DNA of 64,000 nt from Promethearchaeota archaeon (GTDB taxonomy: Archaea > Asgardarchaeota > Lokiarchaeia > Sigyniarchaeales > SOKP01). This document shows, in pieces, positions 30,912-42,724 of this stretch (position 1 is its first letter; every line of letters starts with the position of its first letter). The translations under genes and the position numbers were made by a program. The stretch is taken from positions 1 to 64,000 of the forward strand of contig JAHLWP010000019.1 in the NCBI GenBank assembly GCA_019057865.1, in the 5' to 3' direction. The notes under the pieces are model-generated. The model saw nothing but the letters and a program-made list of their open reading frames with translations, was not told the origin of the DNA and searched no databases.

Positions 30912-33900
30912 TTATTTTGCTTTTTTGTAAGTTATAACTTTATTGATTGCTAAGAGTTGTAAATCCTGCCATGGCCGTAAATTTACCTTAATCCCATCGT
31001 CAATATCAGGGTTATAATTCATACTGATTAATTTTTCAAGGGTTCCTTCAAATTTTTTGAGATCTTCCAAGATGTTTTCAAGTTTTTCTAATTCTTTTTT
31101 AGTTGTTTTGTCTAAATCACCCTCTTGAGTATTTAGTGAGTCTTGAAGGGCCTTTATTAATCTTTTATGATATTCGATTTCTGGACGCAAATAATTAAAT
31201 TTAATTTTTGATACTGTGTCTTCTGTTAATTTTAAATAATATAAAAAACATCCAAAATTATGAGCTGGACTTGATATATGCCATATAGGGGGGCGTCTTT
31301 CAAATTGAACAATGTGACGCTTGAAAAAGTCATTATCAAACCACTTTGATATGCTCTTCCCAATAATCGCTTGTAAATCTTTTTTAAAATCATTAAATCG
31401 GGTTTCTCCTACTAATAATTCAAGATTTTGTAGAATTATTGATTCAAGAGATCTATAACCAGTATTTTTACTTAAAGGGATAATTCCGTCTTTATCACCT
31501 TTTAAAACTTTTAAAATTAATTCAGTTAGAAAATCTTCAACTAATACTTGAATAGATTTTTTTGGAATTATATTATTTTCTCGTCTTATTATTGCAATTG
31601 AAAGAGGGTTAATCATGAATTCCTGTGAAATGTCCTCTAATGGTTTGCCAGACTTTAGATTTTTTACAATTTCTTCTAAATCACTGCTATTAATCGAAAT
31701 ACTTGATAATTCTTCAATATATTCTCTTAAATTTTGTTTTAGAGAATAATTAATTGAGATTTTCCCTTTAATTAACGGAAATCTTCCTATTCGAGGCTCA
31801 CTTAGATTGAATATTAAGCTTTGAGTCTTTGACGAGACACCATAAATCTCAAAGATCTTTTTATCTATTAAAGCTTCATAAAGATATACCTGGAGTAAAT
31901 TTAGTTCAATTTTATCATAAAAAAATGTGATAATATCTAATAAATTTTCAGAATTCTTCCTTTTTAAAGTTAAATAGATAGCTGTATGCTTGAATTCTTG
32001 ATCTGTAGCAACAAATTGATAAGCCCATTTTTGAAGAGCAACACATTTTTTTGACATTTTTGATAGTGTATTTCGATTGTTTTCATCCGGAATATAGATT
32101 GGAAGTCTATATAAGTCACTAATATTAGTAACAATACTTGGATTTAGTTGTTGTAATATGAATTCTCCTAATGTAGAATTTAAATAAGCTAATAAAAAAA
32201 AAAGGTTTTCTTTACTAAAAATGCACGATCCATTTGTTTCAAAAATATAGCCAGGTGGTAAATATCTTGCGCAGAAATAATATCCTAAAGTTGAATATGT
32301 AATTGCTTCTTTAAAATAGAAATTTTCATTTCTAATATTCGAACCTGGAAAATCTTTAAGTTCTTTTCCATTACTTTCCCAATTAATAAAGGTTTTTTGA
32401 TACCCATACCATCGTATTTTTCCTCCACCTTTATTTAGAGGATACCATCTTATCCCTATCTTAGATGGATCTATTTCCCATTTAAAACGAAAAAATCTAT
32501 CATTATTACCAGTGTCTAATCCCTTTCTTGGAGTTGCTATATCTAATAATGGAGGATATTTTTCAAAAAATCTTAAAATTTCTTGGGGTAAATCAAATAA
32601 GAATGGTACACGCTCAATTTTCTTAAAGATTTCTGGATTAACTTCAGTAACTTGATCTTTTTTAATTAATGCAATTGATTTACTTTCAGGATCAGTAAAA
32701 TTTGCTACATTAACATATTTAGTTATTCCAATACTATTTTTTTTAATAACCATTATCGAGGCTTTAAATCGTTCACCACTAATTTCACTAAAACAATTTG
32801 AACCTAAAGAAACATAAATTTTTAAAAAATTATTATCTAAAACTTGATCACGTACAGTCCTAAAATTTTTTAAAAATCCTATGGTACTTGGGAATATTGC
32901 GCCCAATATACCATTTTTTTTTAATAATTCAAAAGCTCGCTGAATAAAACTAGCAGAAGTATCAAAATAATTAGGACCGTAATAATTTTTTAAAGCTTGT
33001 TTATAATTACTATTCATTCTGCGACTATTAATATAAGGTGGATTCATAAGGATAAAATCATATCGATTTCTAAACACATCTAAAAAATTCACACTCCGCA
33101 TTCCATCGCGAGCGAATAATATTTCATTTGGATCTTGGTTTTTTAGAGCATCGTTTATTATATCTTTAAAAATACTAATAAGTGTATCTTTCCATTGCTC
33201 CCATCTAGTATCATATCCATCAATAAATTGAGTTATTCCTGCCTTACGAGATCTGATGAAGTGTTCAATTTCTCGTTCAATAGGTAATAAACTCCCTAGC
33301 GAAGAAATTTTTCTCATTCCCTGCCAAATAGATTCTACAAGTTCTTTTTCTTCTTCACTTCGCCCTTTTATTCTTTTCTTTAAATCTTCGAAAAGTTCTA
33401 TATTTTGGAAGATGATATCTGTACTATATAAATTTAATCCAGAAATTGTTAAAGAGGGATTTATCTCTTTTGCTTTCAGATAAAGAGAAAGAGACGCTAA
33501 TTGAACAGCCCGCCTGTCAATATCTACACTATAAAGATTATTCTCTAAGATAAAGCGAGGGATATCATTTTGAGGAATTTTACCCTCCTCTAAATATAAT
33601 TCAAATAAGAGATTAAAAGCATAGAGTAAAAAGTGCCCTGAACCGCACGCAGGATCCAATATTTTTATATCTTTTAGTTCTAATTCTTCAGATTCATTCT
33701 CAACTATTGATCCTGGTAAAAGGTACTCCCATTGTTCCAGTGCTTTTGATTCAGGATGTTGAGCCCTCCACCAAGTTCCAAGCGCATTTTGAGTGATAAA
33801 TTCTACAATATAATGATCAGTATATAATTGGGTGTAAGGTATAATATCATAATCTTCCAATTTATTCCTTGCAGATATATTTAAGCGATTATATATTGCT

Positions 33901-34544
33901 TGCTTTCCCTCTTCGTCAAAATATTGGTAAACCCAACCTAAAAAATCATCCTCTTTATAAACCTTATAATCCAATGAATTGTTTATAAGTTTAATTACAT
34001 CTATTAATATACTATATCTAGGAAAAACTAATCCTGGTTCGTAGTGAGGGTCAAAAACAAATCCTAATTCAGAATTTAGTTTGTCCAATGCTTTTTTAAG
34101 ACTTGCTATAAAACCTCCATCTTTATCACGGGATCTTTCAGGTTCCTCAACCCGAAAATCTCTTAACCATTTAGAAAGATTCCCATATTCTGGACGTGTT
34201 GTAATGATTTCAGTAATTTCATCGTTTTTATCAAGGATTAATCCTCTCAACTCCATGCATTTAATTCCAATTAGACGATTAATCCATACAAAAACACTTT
34301 CCCTTAAGAATTGATTGAATCTAATTGAGTGATCCGGACTAATATATCTTAAACGATTGATAAATGCACCAATTTTCTCACGCTTAATTTTTTCCTCTTG
34401 ATTTAGGTGCTTAATTTCAGAATCTTCAAGGAATTTCTTTCGAGTAATGCCTAATCTTAATAATCTAGTTTCAATTTCTTTAAATAATAGTTTTTCTATA
34501 TCAGATGATAATTTTTTTATTTTATTCCTTGTTTGTTGTTCCAG
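30912..34544 (-). CDS. pglX: BREX adenine methyltransferase PglX/BrxX, copy 1 (CTG start)
   Basis: Same motifs as copy 2. The frame extends 96 codons upstream of 34256 to CTG (LEQQTRNKIKKLSSDIEK...), matching the N-terminus of copy 2, with GAGGT upstream. Confidence 0.9.
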   Translation of the reverse strand: MEQQTRNKIKKLSSDIEKLLFKEIETRLLRLGITRKKFLEDSEIKHLNQEEKIKREKIGAFINRLRYISPDHSIRFNQFLRESVFVWINRLIGIKCMELRGLILDKNDEITEIITTRPEYGNLSKWLRDFRVEEPERSRDKDGGFIASLKKALDKLNSELGFVFDPHYEPGLVFPRYSILIDVIKLINNSLDYKVYKEDDFLGWVYQYFDEEGKQAIYNRLNISARNKLEDYDIIPYTQLYTDHYIVEFITQNALGTWWRAQHPESKALEQWEYLLPGSIVENESEELELKDIKILDPACGSGHFLLYAFNLLFELYLEEGKIPQNDIPRFILENNLYSVDIDRRAVQLASLSLYLKAKEINPSLTISGLNLYSTDIIFQNIELFEDLKKRIKGRSEEEKELVESIWQGMRKISSLGSLLPIEREIEHFIRSRKAGITQFIDGYDTRWEQWKDTLISIFKDIINDALKNQDPNEILFARDGMRSVNFLDVFRNRYDFILMNPPYINSRRMNSNYKQALKNYYGPNYFDTSASFIQRAFELLKKNGILGAIFPSTIGFLKNFRTVRDQVLDNNFLKIYVSLGSNCFSEISGERFKASIMVIKKNSIGITKYVNVANFTDPESKSIALIKKDQVTEVNPEIFKKIERVPFLFDLPQEILRFFEKYPPLLDIATPRKGLDTGNNDRFFRFKWEIDPSKIGIRWYPLNKGGGKIRWYGYQKTFINWESNGKELKDFPGSNIRNENFYFKEAITYSTLGYYFCARYLPPGYIFETNGSCIFSKENLFFLLAYLNSTLGEFILQQLNPSIVTNISDLYRLPIYIPDENNRNTLSKMSKKCVALQKWAYQFVATDQEFKHTAIYLTLKRKNSENLLDIITFFYDKIELNLLQVYLYEALIDKKIFEIYGVSSKTQSLIFNLSEPRIGRFPLIKGKISINYSLKQNLREYIEELSSISINSSDLEEIVKNLKSGKPLEDISQEFMINPLSIAIIRRENNIIPKKSIQVLVEDFLTELILKVLKGDKDGIIPLSKNTGYRSLESIILQNLELLVGETRFNDFKKDLQAIIGKSISKWFDNDFFKRHIVQFERRPPIWHISSPAHNFGCFLYYLKLTEDTVSKIKFNYLRPEIEYHKRLIKALQDSLNTQEGDLDKTTKKELEKLENILEDLKKFEGTLEKLISMNYNPDIDDGIKVNLRPWQDLQLLAINKVITYKKAK

Positions 34545-34565
34545 AGAAATAACCTCATAATTTAT

Positions 34566-36617
34566 TTATTCAATTCCTAATGCTCTATAAGCACCATTTA
34601 TAGGATCGGAATAAAATATGATATTAATTTTATCTAAAATGTCGCTTGGAATATTAACTATATCACTTTTATTAATGGAAGGTAACAATACAAATTTGGC
34701 TCCGCTATCTAAAGCCAATTGTAGTTTTTCTATTAAAGAATTGACTTTAAGTAAACCTCCATGAATCGTCATTTCACCTAATATGACTAATTGTTTATTG
34801 ACTGGTTTTTCTAATAGATTAGATAATATTGATACAAAGAAAGCAACACCAGTTTCGGTTCCATCTTTAGATTGCATTAAATTTACAATTTGGATGTGTA
34901 AATCGTAATCTTTAAAATTTTTCTCAATCATTAACTTATTAATATTCGCTTTAGTGAAATCAAAGGCAGTTTGTATCGCATCCTTCATAGCTGAAGAGGG
35001 TGCTCCCGTTGTTTTTTTATTTCCTGAACCTTTCATACTTTGTACTTCAATTCTAAAAAGGCAATAGCGTTTTTCTTCGCGATCCGTTCCTATTGTAAAA
35101 ATTGTACCAGGTGGATAAATTTTGTCAGGGATTAAAAGGTCACTAATTTGCTCTGGGACTTCTACAAACTTTTCTTCATTAGTGTCTATATCAACATAAG
35201 AAAAATTTACTGCCCAATACTCCATCCCCCCCATTTTTTTAAGTTGTTCCTTCACTCTTCTACGCATTTCTAAAGCAAATATTAAATATTCTTCGACATC
35301 GGATTTTGAAAAATTTCCGTCTGGATGCAATATCTTTAAAAGTCCAGAAACTGTTTTTTTAACAGCTTTAGAATCTCTTTGATTTAGATGGGATCCTATT
35401 AAAAAATAATTTTCAATTATATCTGTATAATTCAATTTTCTAAATTCTCTTAATAATTCAGAAAAATAATCTACAACAAATCCATAATGAAAGCTAAAAA
35501 ATTCAGGTTGCATCTTAGGAATTTCCCATCCTGGAAAGTAAAAATGAATTCTATCAAGTAAAGCCATATCCTGCATCTCAATAGGTAAAGGACTAAATAA
35601 ATGTGACATTTTCAAGATGTTTTTAACATCCTCATTTATATTTCCTATAAATACTAAAGATGCATTCGCGGTTATTTCTTCTTTTCCTCTCGAGAAACTT
35701 CCTGATTCCATATAATCTTTTAAAATTTGAAGAGTATCAACATTCTTAAACGCTAATCCCGCGATTTCATCAAAAGCAACAGTGTCCCATAACCCAACCA
35801 ATCCAATCTTTCCAGTAGACAAATTCATAAAAAGATTAGCAACGGTTGTTTTACCTCCAGAGATAAGAATTGAAAAAGGGCTAATTTCTCTATAAACAAA
35901 ACTCTTGCCTGTGCTTCTATATCCCAATTCAATTAAATTGAAATTATTTTCTACTAACGGAATTAAACGTGAGATTAAAAGTAGCTTTTGTCGTAAAGGA
36001 AAGTCATTCTCTATTGGTTCTATCCCAATACTTCGAAGAATGATGTTTAGCCATTCATCCCTAGTAAAAAAATTTCTCTTTTTTCTAATTTCCTCTAGAT
36101 CAATTGAAGCGGATTGAATAGGCTTAATCTTTTTAATAAAAAATGGACGATTTGCTCCTTTATGAAAAACTTCTTCATCATAACCCATTTCGATAATTGC
36201 CCAAATTCCCCCTTCAAGCATTTTTTCAAATTTTTTAACTTCCTTTTCTTCAATATTTATATATTTCAAATTTAAAATCGTGACTTCTGCCCAATATTTA
36301 TTTTCTGTTTCAACCAAACGGACTTTAACCTTATCAATTATATTATGAGATGACCTTTCTTTTATGTAAGATTTTATTTTTTCACTTTCGTCTGGACGGA
36401 AATAGTGTTCACTTAAAATATCTTTTACATATTTTTCTCCCTCTTCAATGATTTCAGGATCTGTTGATGAGCAATATTTCCCGATAAGATATTCTAATAC
36501 ATAAACAGGAACATTAATTCCACTTTTCATCTTACGAACTAAATCTTTTCGAACAACCTTTCCAGCGAAATTTTCAAATAATTTCTTATCAAGCTCATCC
36601 AATTTCGTTCGTTTCAA
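34566..36617 (-). CDS. brxL: BREX Lon-like AAA+ protein BrxL
   Basis: VVRKDL, VPVYVLEYL, ELGYRSTGKS, FDEIA, KDYMESGSFSRG; Lon-like C-terminal domain. Confidence 0.93.
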   Translation of the reverse strand: MKRTKLDELDKKLFENFAGKVVRKDLVRKMKSGINVPVYVLEYLIGKYCSSTDPEIIEEGEKYVKDILSEHYFRPDESEKIKSYIKERSSHNIIDKVKVRLVETENKYWAEVTILNLKYINIEEKEVKKFEKMLEGGIWAIIEMGYDEEVFHKGANRPFFIKKIKPIQSASIDLEEIRKKRNFFTRDEWLNIILRSIGIEPIENDFPLRQKLLLISRLIPLVENNFNLIELGYRSTGKSFVYREISPFSILISGGKTTVANLFMNLSTGKIGLVGLWDTVAFDEIAGLAFKNVDTLQILKDYMESGSFSRGKEEITANASLVFIGNINEDVKNILKMSHLFSPLPIEMQDMALLDRIHFYFPGWEIPKMQPEFFSFHYGFVVDYFSELLREFRKLNYTDIIENYFLIGSHLNQRDSKAVKKTVSGLLKILHPDGNFSKSDVEEYLIFALEMRRRVKEQLKKMGGMEYWAVNFSYVDIDTNEEKFVEVPEQISDLLIPDKIYPPGTIFTIGTDREEKRYCLFRIEVQSMKGSGNKKTTGAPSSAMKDAIQTAFDFTKANINKLMIEKNFKDYDLHIQIVNLMQSKDGTETGVAFFVSILSNLLEKPVNKQLVILGEMTIHGGLLKVNSLIEKLQLALDSGAKFVLLPSINKSDIVNIPSDILDKINIIFYSDPINGAYRALGIE

Positions 36618-36635
36618 CCTAAAGCACCATTACTA

Positions 36636-39113
36636 TTATAGATCTTCCATTAAATGAATATTTAATTTAACATTAATCCAATCGAGTATTTCTAATGTAT
36701 CAACATCTTGAACTTTTAGAGAGATTTCAGATCCTTTAGGGATATCTATTGACAATAATCTTAATTGGACTTCACCATCTTGTTCTACCAGATATTCAGG
36801 TTCTGTTGAGATTATTTTACCTTCATACTCACAAAAAACCTTAACATTTCTAATTTCAGGAGTTATTGTTTTAGGAAATTGTTTTTTCAGTTGAACTTTA
36901 AAAATTCGATTATTTATAGCATCGAATGGAGAAATTTTCACATTAATTTTTCTTTCGACTTTTGGTTTTACTTTTATTTTAATAAAAGGAATAATAATTT
37001 CTTGAATTGAAATTCCACCATGTAAAAAATTATAAGCTCCTTGAGATATAAAACAATTAATACCATTTGGAGTAATTAATCTTAATTGAGAGTTTTTTAT
37101 AATAAATTGATTATATCTGCCATTATTGGGAAATTTACTTCCCATTGCATATCTTGGCTTTTTTATTAAAGTTGACAAATCTGAAATATCTACTTTAAGA
37201 TGATCTTTTAATTTCTCTGGGAGCAACAAAAAACCGTGATCTGTTAATATATAGACATTTTCAAATTCTGCATCTATAATTTTTCTAATACTTTTAGCAA
37301 TATCCAATAATATTAAAGAAAACTTATTAAAAGCAATACTCTGGCTATCCGTTCCAGTACTATCAATATCAGTATGAAAAACTATTAAAGAATCTTTATA
37401 ATTTTTATTTATATCTCTTACTCTCATCTTTAATATATCCTTAATCCAGGCAAAAGATTCTATTTTGAATTTTGTCTTTATGAATTTTTCTCGATTCATT
37501 TTGATAGATAAATCATTATTAGATTCAGTCTCGAAAATCTTAAGCTTTTCATCTTTTACATTTATCTTAATTTTCGAGGGATTAAGCATGTAAGTCATCC
37601 CTATCTTTGTAATGCTTGGAATTTCAGTATAATATGGAATTATCTCCGTTTCGAAATCATCTTTAAAAATATTTAAAAGTTCCATTCCTAACTCATATCT
37701 TAAAGCATCTATAACAATAATAGCTTTCTTTTCACTTTTTTTAAATATTTTAGAAAATTGATTAATAGAATTTAAAGGTTTAAGATTCAATTCTTTTAGT
37801 TCTTCGAAAAAGCTAGTAAACTTTAAATTTATTTTTCTTAAAAATTCAAAATAATATTCCATTATTAGATCAAAAATTATTTCTATTTTTTCAGGATTCT
37901 TTATATATGGTGATGATTGAATTTTCCGATAATTTGAATCAATCTCCCAATAGTTTTCAATGTACTTCTCTATGACTTCATTAAAAAGATTAAAATCTTC
38001 GATTTCTTTCAAAGCTTGATTTATTTGTAGACATAATTTGGCACAATTGAATAATATTTCCCATTCTGGAATCTCATTCTCTTTAACCCAAATACTTTTA
38101 GACTTACTATTTAAAAAGTCTAAATTTTCAAGAAGAAATTTAAGTTTTTCGTCTTTAGTTCTAATTATTGATAATTCTTTATTGAATTTATCAAAAACTA
38201 ACTTATCCATTTGTGGAAATATAACTTTAATTAGTTTGTTGAAATCTTTTTCTATTACATATTTTTTTACAATGTTGGTAAGAGCATATTTTTTTTCAAC
38301 ATTGAATATCAAATTAATAACTAAATCTTTGTTTTCAGTATGTTTTAACATACTTTCCAAAGTAGAAATACAATTTTTAAATTTATTTTCATGAGGAAGG
38401 TGATCTTTTAATGGAAAATCATTAGGTTGTTCTAATTCTATAAATAATTGAATAAAAAGTAAATGTGATAAAAAACTAAGTGGAAATTCTTCACTTTTTT
38501 CGATAACTTTATCAAATCCGAAATCAAATTTCAATTTATCTAAAAATTGTTCCATTTTATTCTCTCTTTCTAACAGATTTATTTCAGTTTCTGGATTTTT
38601 TAAAATTTCAATTAAAATCTTTTCAAAATCTTCAAAAAATAAATCCGCTGGACTTGTTATTCCAAATTTTTTTTCCCAGAAATCTTCAGTTGCTTTTAAA
38701 GATTCATTAGCTAATGCTACTATACCCTTCTTGATTTTATTTCTCTTCTCTTTTTCTTTTGGAAAATTTACACCAATAACATTCTCAAGAAAATTAAAAA
38801 GATCTTCCTTATAGATCCATCCTAAATAGTGATATTCTTCGAGAATTTTGTCCCCTTTAAGATCAATATTAAAATAGATAATTTTTTTTTCTTGTTCTGA
38901 ATATTCAGGTTTCATTTCTAATAAATATTTAACTTTAAAAAGACTTCTCTCTTCTTCAGTAGAAATTATTTTAAACTCATTTTTCAATTTTTTTACAAAA
39001 TTTACCCATTCTTTATTAGGATCAAACCATAAAATCAAATTATAATTAGAACGATTGAAATAGTCATTAAACTCTTTTTTTAATTGAGATATAATTTTAT
39101 TCAAGTTTTTCAC
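36636..39113 (-). CDS. pglZ: BREX PglZ/BrxZ alkaline phosphatase-fold protein
   Basis: LWFDP, IDALRYE, PSIT..GM, TDHGF, HGGIS.QE. Confidence 0.92.
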   Translation of the reverse strand: MKNLNKIISQLKKEFNDYFNRSNYNLILWFDPNKEWVNFVKKLKNEFKIISTEEERSLFKVKYLLEMKPEYSEQEKKIIYFNIDLKGDKILEEYHYLGWIYKEDLFNFLENVIGVNFPKEKEKRNKIKKGIVALANESLKATEDFWEKKFGITSPADLFFEDFEKILIEILKNPETEINLLERENKMEQFLDKLKFDFGFDKVIEKSEEFPLSFLSHLLFIQLFIELEQPNDFPLKDHLPHENKFKNCISTLESMLKHTENKDLVINLIFNVEKKYALTNIVKKYVIEKDFNKLIKVIFPQMDKLVFDKFNKELSIIRTKDEKLKFLLENLDFLNSKSKSIWVKENEIPEWEILFNCAKLCLQINQALKEIEDFNLFNEVIEKYIENYWEIDSNYRKIQSSPYIKNPEKIEIIFDLIMEYYFEFLRKINLKFTSFFEELKELNLKPLNSINQFSKIFKKSEKKAIIVIDALRYELGMELLNIFKDDFETEIIPYYTEIPSITKIGMTYMLNPSKIKINVKDEKLKIFETESNNDLSIKMNREKFIKTKFKIESFAWIKDILKMRVRDINKNYKDSLIVFHTDIDSTGTDSQSIAFNKFSLILLDIAKSIRKIIDAEFENVYILTDHGFLLLPEKLKDHLKVDISDLSTLIKKPRYAMGSKFPNNGRYNQFIIKNSQLRLITPNGINCFISQGAYNFLHGGISIQEIIIPFIKIKVKPKVERKINVKISPFDAINNRIFKVQLKKQFPKTITPEIRNVKVFCEYEGKIISTEPEYLVEQDGEVQLRLLSIDIPKGSEISLKVQDVDTLEILDWINVKLNIHLMEDL

Positions 39114-39115
39114 TC

Positions 39116-42100
39116 CTATTTCAAATGAATTTGATCGTATTTTTTTAATAATTCCTCTAATTTACTTCTTATTTTTTCAATCAAATTTTCGATATCATCA
39201 TTTGACTTTATTGTCTTCTTTTTAATTACAGATTGTATCCTTAAATCTATAACATTAGGACCAATAGGAGTTTTTGGACTTAATTGTTTTATTAATTTTG
39301 TTCTCTCTCTATCTAAGGCTAAAATATGATTATCCATTTTACTTAATTCTGTCTTACAATTTTCACATATATAGGATTCCTGATCCCATTTAAATTTTTT
39401 ACAAAATTGCTCACTATAACTCTTGAATGTTTCTGGTTTTATTTGATCTTTTAAATCCTCTGATTCTTTTAGTTCTTCAATCAGTTCTGTATATTCTTCG
39501 AATCTTTTTTCATGCATTTTCTGATATATATCTTTATAAATGCTAATGAGTGAATTATAAGATTTATTGACATCTCCCCATTTTTCAATAGTTTCAGCAT
39601 TATTATTAATTAAATTGATTTCTTCATGAAAAGTTTCATATTCATTAATTAAATTAGAATCAATATCAAATGATCGTATTTCAAGTTTAGGACTGATTTT
39701 TAAGATTTTATCAAACATTACTATTTTGTCCTGATTGATAAAATCTTTTACTTTTTCATAATAATTTTTATTTTCTTTTATCTCTTCTGAGTTATCTAAA
39801 AAATATCTAACTACTTTAGATGGTTTTACAAATACTTTTACTTCTTCGTAGAATTCTGGAATTCTACCAAATTTTTCCTTAATTTTTATTTTACTGCTTT
39901 TTAAATGGGCTTTAGTTATATTATAATCCTGGCTAAAAGATTTTAATGAACTTGCAATGTTTATCGAAAGATCATTAATCGTATCCATTGATTCGATAGT
40001 AAAGATGATTTTTAAGTCTTGAAGGCATTTTCTTCTGTCTCTTAATTCTATAACTTCCTCTTCTTCATATCTTATAAGTAGTTTTTTAAATTTGTTCATA
40101 TCAAAGAAAAAACCTTCTACAGCTTTTACTTTAGAATCATAATATATTTTACCGTCTTTCTCTATAGAGATAATTCCTGCTCGAAATAAAGAAGATATAA
40201 TAAATCTGACGAGAATAGGATTCCATCCATACTCAATCTTCTGGAAATGCTCAATTACTTCCTTTCCTGGTAATATATTAGAAATTTCTAATTGATATTT
40301 AATATATGTAAGAATCTCATCTATTATTTGGTTATATAAGTTAATGTTATTATCTGTGTCGAATAAATCTAATTCTTCTTCAACTTCATGCAAATTTTTA
40401 ATTCTAGGATTTAGGATCTTTTTAATAGAAGTCTGATCAACTTTATAAGCAGCAATCTTATATTTAGTATAAATTTTAAATAATATTTCTAATATATTCT
40501 TAGAAAAAATATTATTTAAATCTGAAGAAGAATCACCCGTAAGATCAATTAAATCTCCATCGTGAACAATTTTTCCATTTCTAAGTGAAGATTTTAACTG
40601 AGTTTCAATATTATTCCTTAATTTTTGTGCAATTATACTTTTTTCTTTCAGTATTTGCTCTTCTTCCAGACTAATATTGGAAAGTCTACGTTCTTTGATC
40701 ACTTTGTCAATTCTTATTAATTTATCGATATCTTTTTCAAAATTTTGATTTTCCGAAGATAACCAGTAAATAGAATAAGGATTTGAGTAACTTTCTTGGA
40801 GTGCTTTATCAGTTGTTATATCATCAAGTTCTAAACTTAAGGGTGAAAAAAAGTGAATTGAGACCTCTCCTTTTTTACTTTTTAAATTTTCATCAGAATA
40901 AGTGGTTAAATAGAATTCATTAATAGCCTCATGTCTTAATTTATTGAATGGAGAGATAATTTCATTTAAAAATTCAACTGTTGTTTGTCTTTTTTCTAAA
41001 GTCTTTACTATAACTTCTCCAACTCTTGTTTCAAATTGCTTTTTCACACCTGTAATATATTTATAATTATTATCTTCCTCAATTATGTACTTTTCGTCAA
41101 TTAATTCTTTTAGAACAGCCTTGATTTGTGATTTTTGACTATTAAAATCTGAATCGATATATTTGTTAAACATTTTCGTAATATTTTCAGATGTGAGAGG
41201 GATCCACTCTAATCTGCTGAGAAGATATATTATTTTTAATATTTTTGATATTTCAATAGATTCAACTAGTCTTCCTTTTAACTGCCCAATTTCAGTTTTA
41301 ATATTTGGTGGAAGATCAACCTCAATCTGATCATATATCTCATCCATAGTAACCAACCGTCCGATTTTTTCATTTTCTATATTCGTTTTCTTAGGATTAA
41401 ATACACCATGAGTAACTCCGATCATTGATCTTTCTGCTGTAAATTTATGAGTCTTCCCGTTTAAAGGTTTTAATGCTAGAAAAATTGACTGAGTTATTTG
41501 AATTTGATAAGGCAAAAATGGATAATAACTAATAAATAAATCCTCATTTAATTTTTTTAATGGTCGATTTGTTCCTTCGATTATTGATAGATTTGTTAAT
41601 TTTCCTTTAAATTTCGAGTAAGTTTCTTTTAATTCTTCTTTACTTTGTTCTTTTTTTTTCAAAATTCGCTTTTCAATAACTTCTTCGAGATTTTCAGAGG
41701 TTAAATGTAATCTTGCATCAAAACGAGCTTTAAGTCGCTTATATTCGGCTTCTTTTTTCTTTACACTACTAATAATTTCACTTAAAGATGCTTGAGCAGT
41801 AACTACAACCCAGATACGCCCACTCGCTATTCTACCAAATTCTTCAACCATAGATTGTAAATCTAATAGTTTTTTATCGCTACTACCAATAAATTGTCCA
41901 ACTTCATCAACAATAAATACGAGATTATGTATTTTACTGCTATCTTCTTCTGATTTCTTAACCAGAAATTCATTTAATTCTTTTGCAATATCAGAAATTG
42001 TAGGGTTTGATAATTTTCTTATTTTTTCAATTTCCTTTTTTGCATCATCAATGGAACTAAATTTTCCAGGAAAAATTTCATATAAAGCTTCTCCAATCGA

Positions 42101-42724
42101 TCTCTCAATAAGCAATTTCATATTTCTAAATTCTTCCCAAGGCTGACCTTGTATTTTTTGGATAGTTTCTTTAAATTCTTCAAATTTTCCTTTTTGTATT
42201 AGATCTTTTTCAAGTTTAGCAATAAAAATATCTGAACTAAATCCCTGACTTATTAAAAATTGCTTATAAAAAATGATTGGCATCTCATCCTCTCTTACTT
42301 GACCCGCTTCTGCACCTATTTGGAACATAATTATATTGTTTTTAGAGAAGTTCCTAATCTGATGTAAATAGCCTTTAATCTCATTTTCTTTTGGGGTTCC
42401 TGCTAAAATTCCATTGAATCGGTCAATAGCTTCAATATCGTTTATATTTCTATTAGATAAAAGAATACCACAAATTTTTGCAAAATGTGATTTTCCAGAT
42501 CCAAAGTCACCTGAAATCCATACACCTACATTATCTGATTTCATTTGAAAACTATTAGTAAACGCTTCAAAATAATCAATAATTAATGATTCTAACATAT
42601 CAGTCAAGATATATTCATCTATCTCTTGAAGAATGTATCTATCATCTGATACCTTAATAACTGATTGAATTTTTCTATCTATATCGTAATAAAAAATATC
42701 TTTAACTTTTGTAATAAACCTCAC
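39116..42724 (-). CDS. brxC: BREX P-loop ATPase BrxC
   Basis: DIDRKIQSVIKV, WISGDFGSGKSHF, VDEVGQF, YPFLPYQ. Confidence 0.93.
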   Translation of the reverse strand: MRFITKVKDIFYYDIDRKIQSVIKVSDDRYILQEIDEYILTDMLESLIIDYFEAFTNSFQMKSDNVGVWISGDFGSGKSHFAKICGILLSNRNINDIEAIDRFNGILAGTPKENEIKGYLHQIRNFSKNNIIMFQIGAEAGQVREDEMPIIFYKQFLISQGFSSDIFIAKLEKDLIQKGKFEEFKETIQKIQGQPWEEFRNMKLLIERSIGEALYEIFPGKFSSIDDAKKEIEKIRKLSNPTISDIAKELNEFLVKKSEEDSSKIHNLVFIVDEVGQFIGSSDKKLLDLQSMVEEFGRIASGRIWVVVTAQASLSEIISSVKKKEAEYKRLKARFDARLHLTSENLEEVIEKRILKKKEQSKEELKETYSKFKGKLTNLSIIEGTNRPLKKLNEDLFISYYPFLPYQIQITQSIFLALKPLNGKTHKFTAERSMIGVTHGVFNPKKTNIENEKIGRLVTMDEIYDQIEVDLPPNIKTEIGQLKGRLVESIEISKILKIIYLLSRLEWIPLTSENITKMFNKYIDSDFNSQKSQIKAVLKELIDEKYIIEEDNNYKYITGVKKQFETRVGEVIVKTLEKRQTTVEFLNEIISPFNKLRHEAINEFYLTTYSDENLKSKKGEVSIHFFSPLSLELDDITTDKALQESYSNPYSIYWLSSENQNFEKDIDKLIRIDKVIKERRLSNISLEEEQILKEKSIIAQKLRNNIETQLKSSLRNGKIVHDGDLIDLTGDSSSDLNNIFSKNILEILFKIYTKYKIAAYKVDQTSIKKILNPRIKNLHEVEEELDLFDTDNNINLYNQIIDEILTYIKYQLEISNILPGKEVIEHFQKIEYGWNPILVRFIISSLFRAGIISIEKDGKIYYDSKVKAVEGFFFDMNKFKKLLIRYEEEEVIELRDRRKCLQDLKIIFTIESMDTINDLSINIASSLKSFSQDYNITKAHLKSSKIKIKEKFGRIPEFYEEVKVFVKPSKVVRYFLDNSEEIKENKNYYEKVKDFINQDKIVMFDKILKISPKLEIRSFDIDSNLINEYETFHEEINLINNNAETIEKWGDVNKSYNSLISIYKDIYQKMHEKRFEEYTELIEELKESEDLKDQIKPETFKSYSEQFCKKFKWDQESYICENCKTELSKMDNHILALDRERTKLIKQLSPKTPIGPNVIDLRIQSVIKKKTIKSNDDIENLIEKIRSKLEELLKKYDQIHLK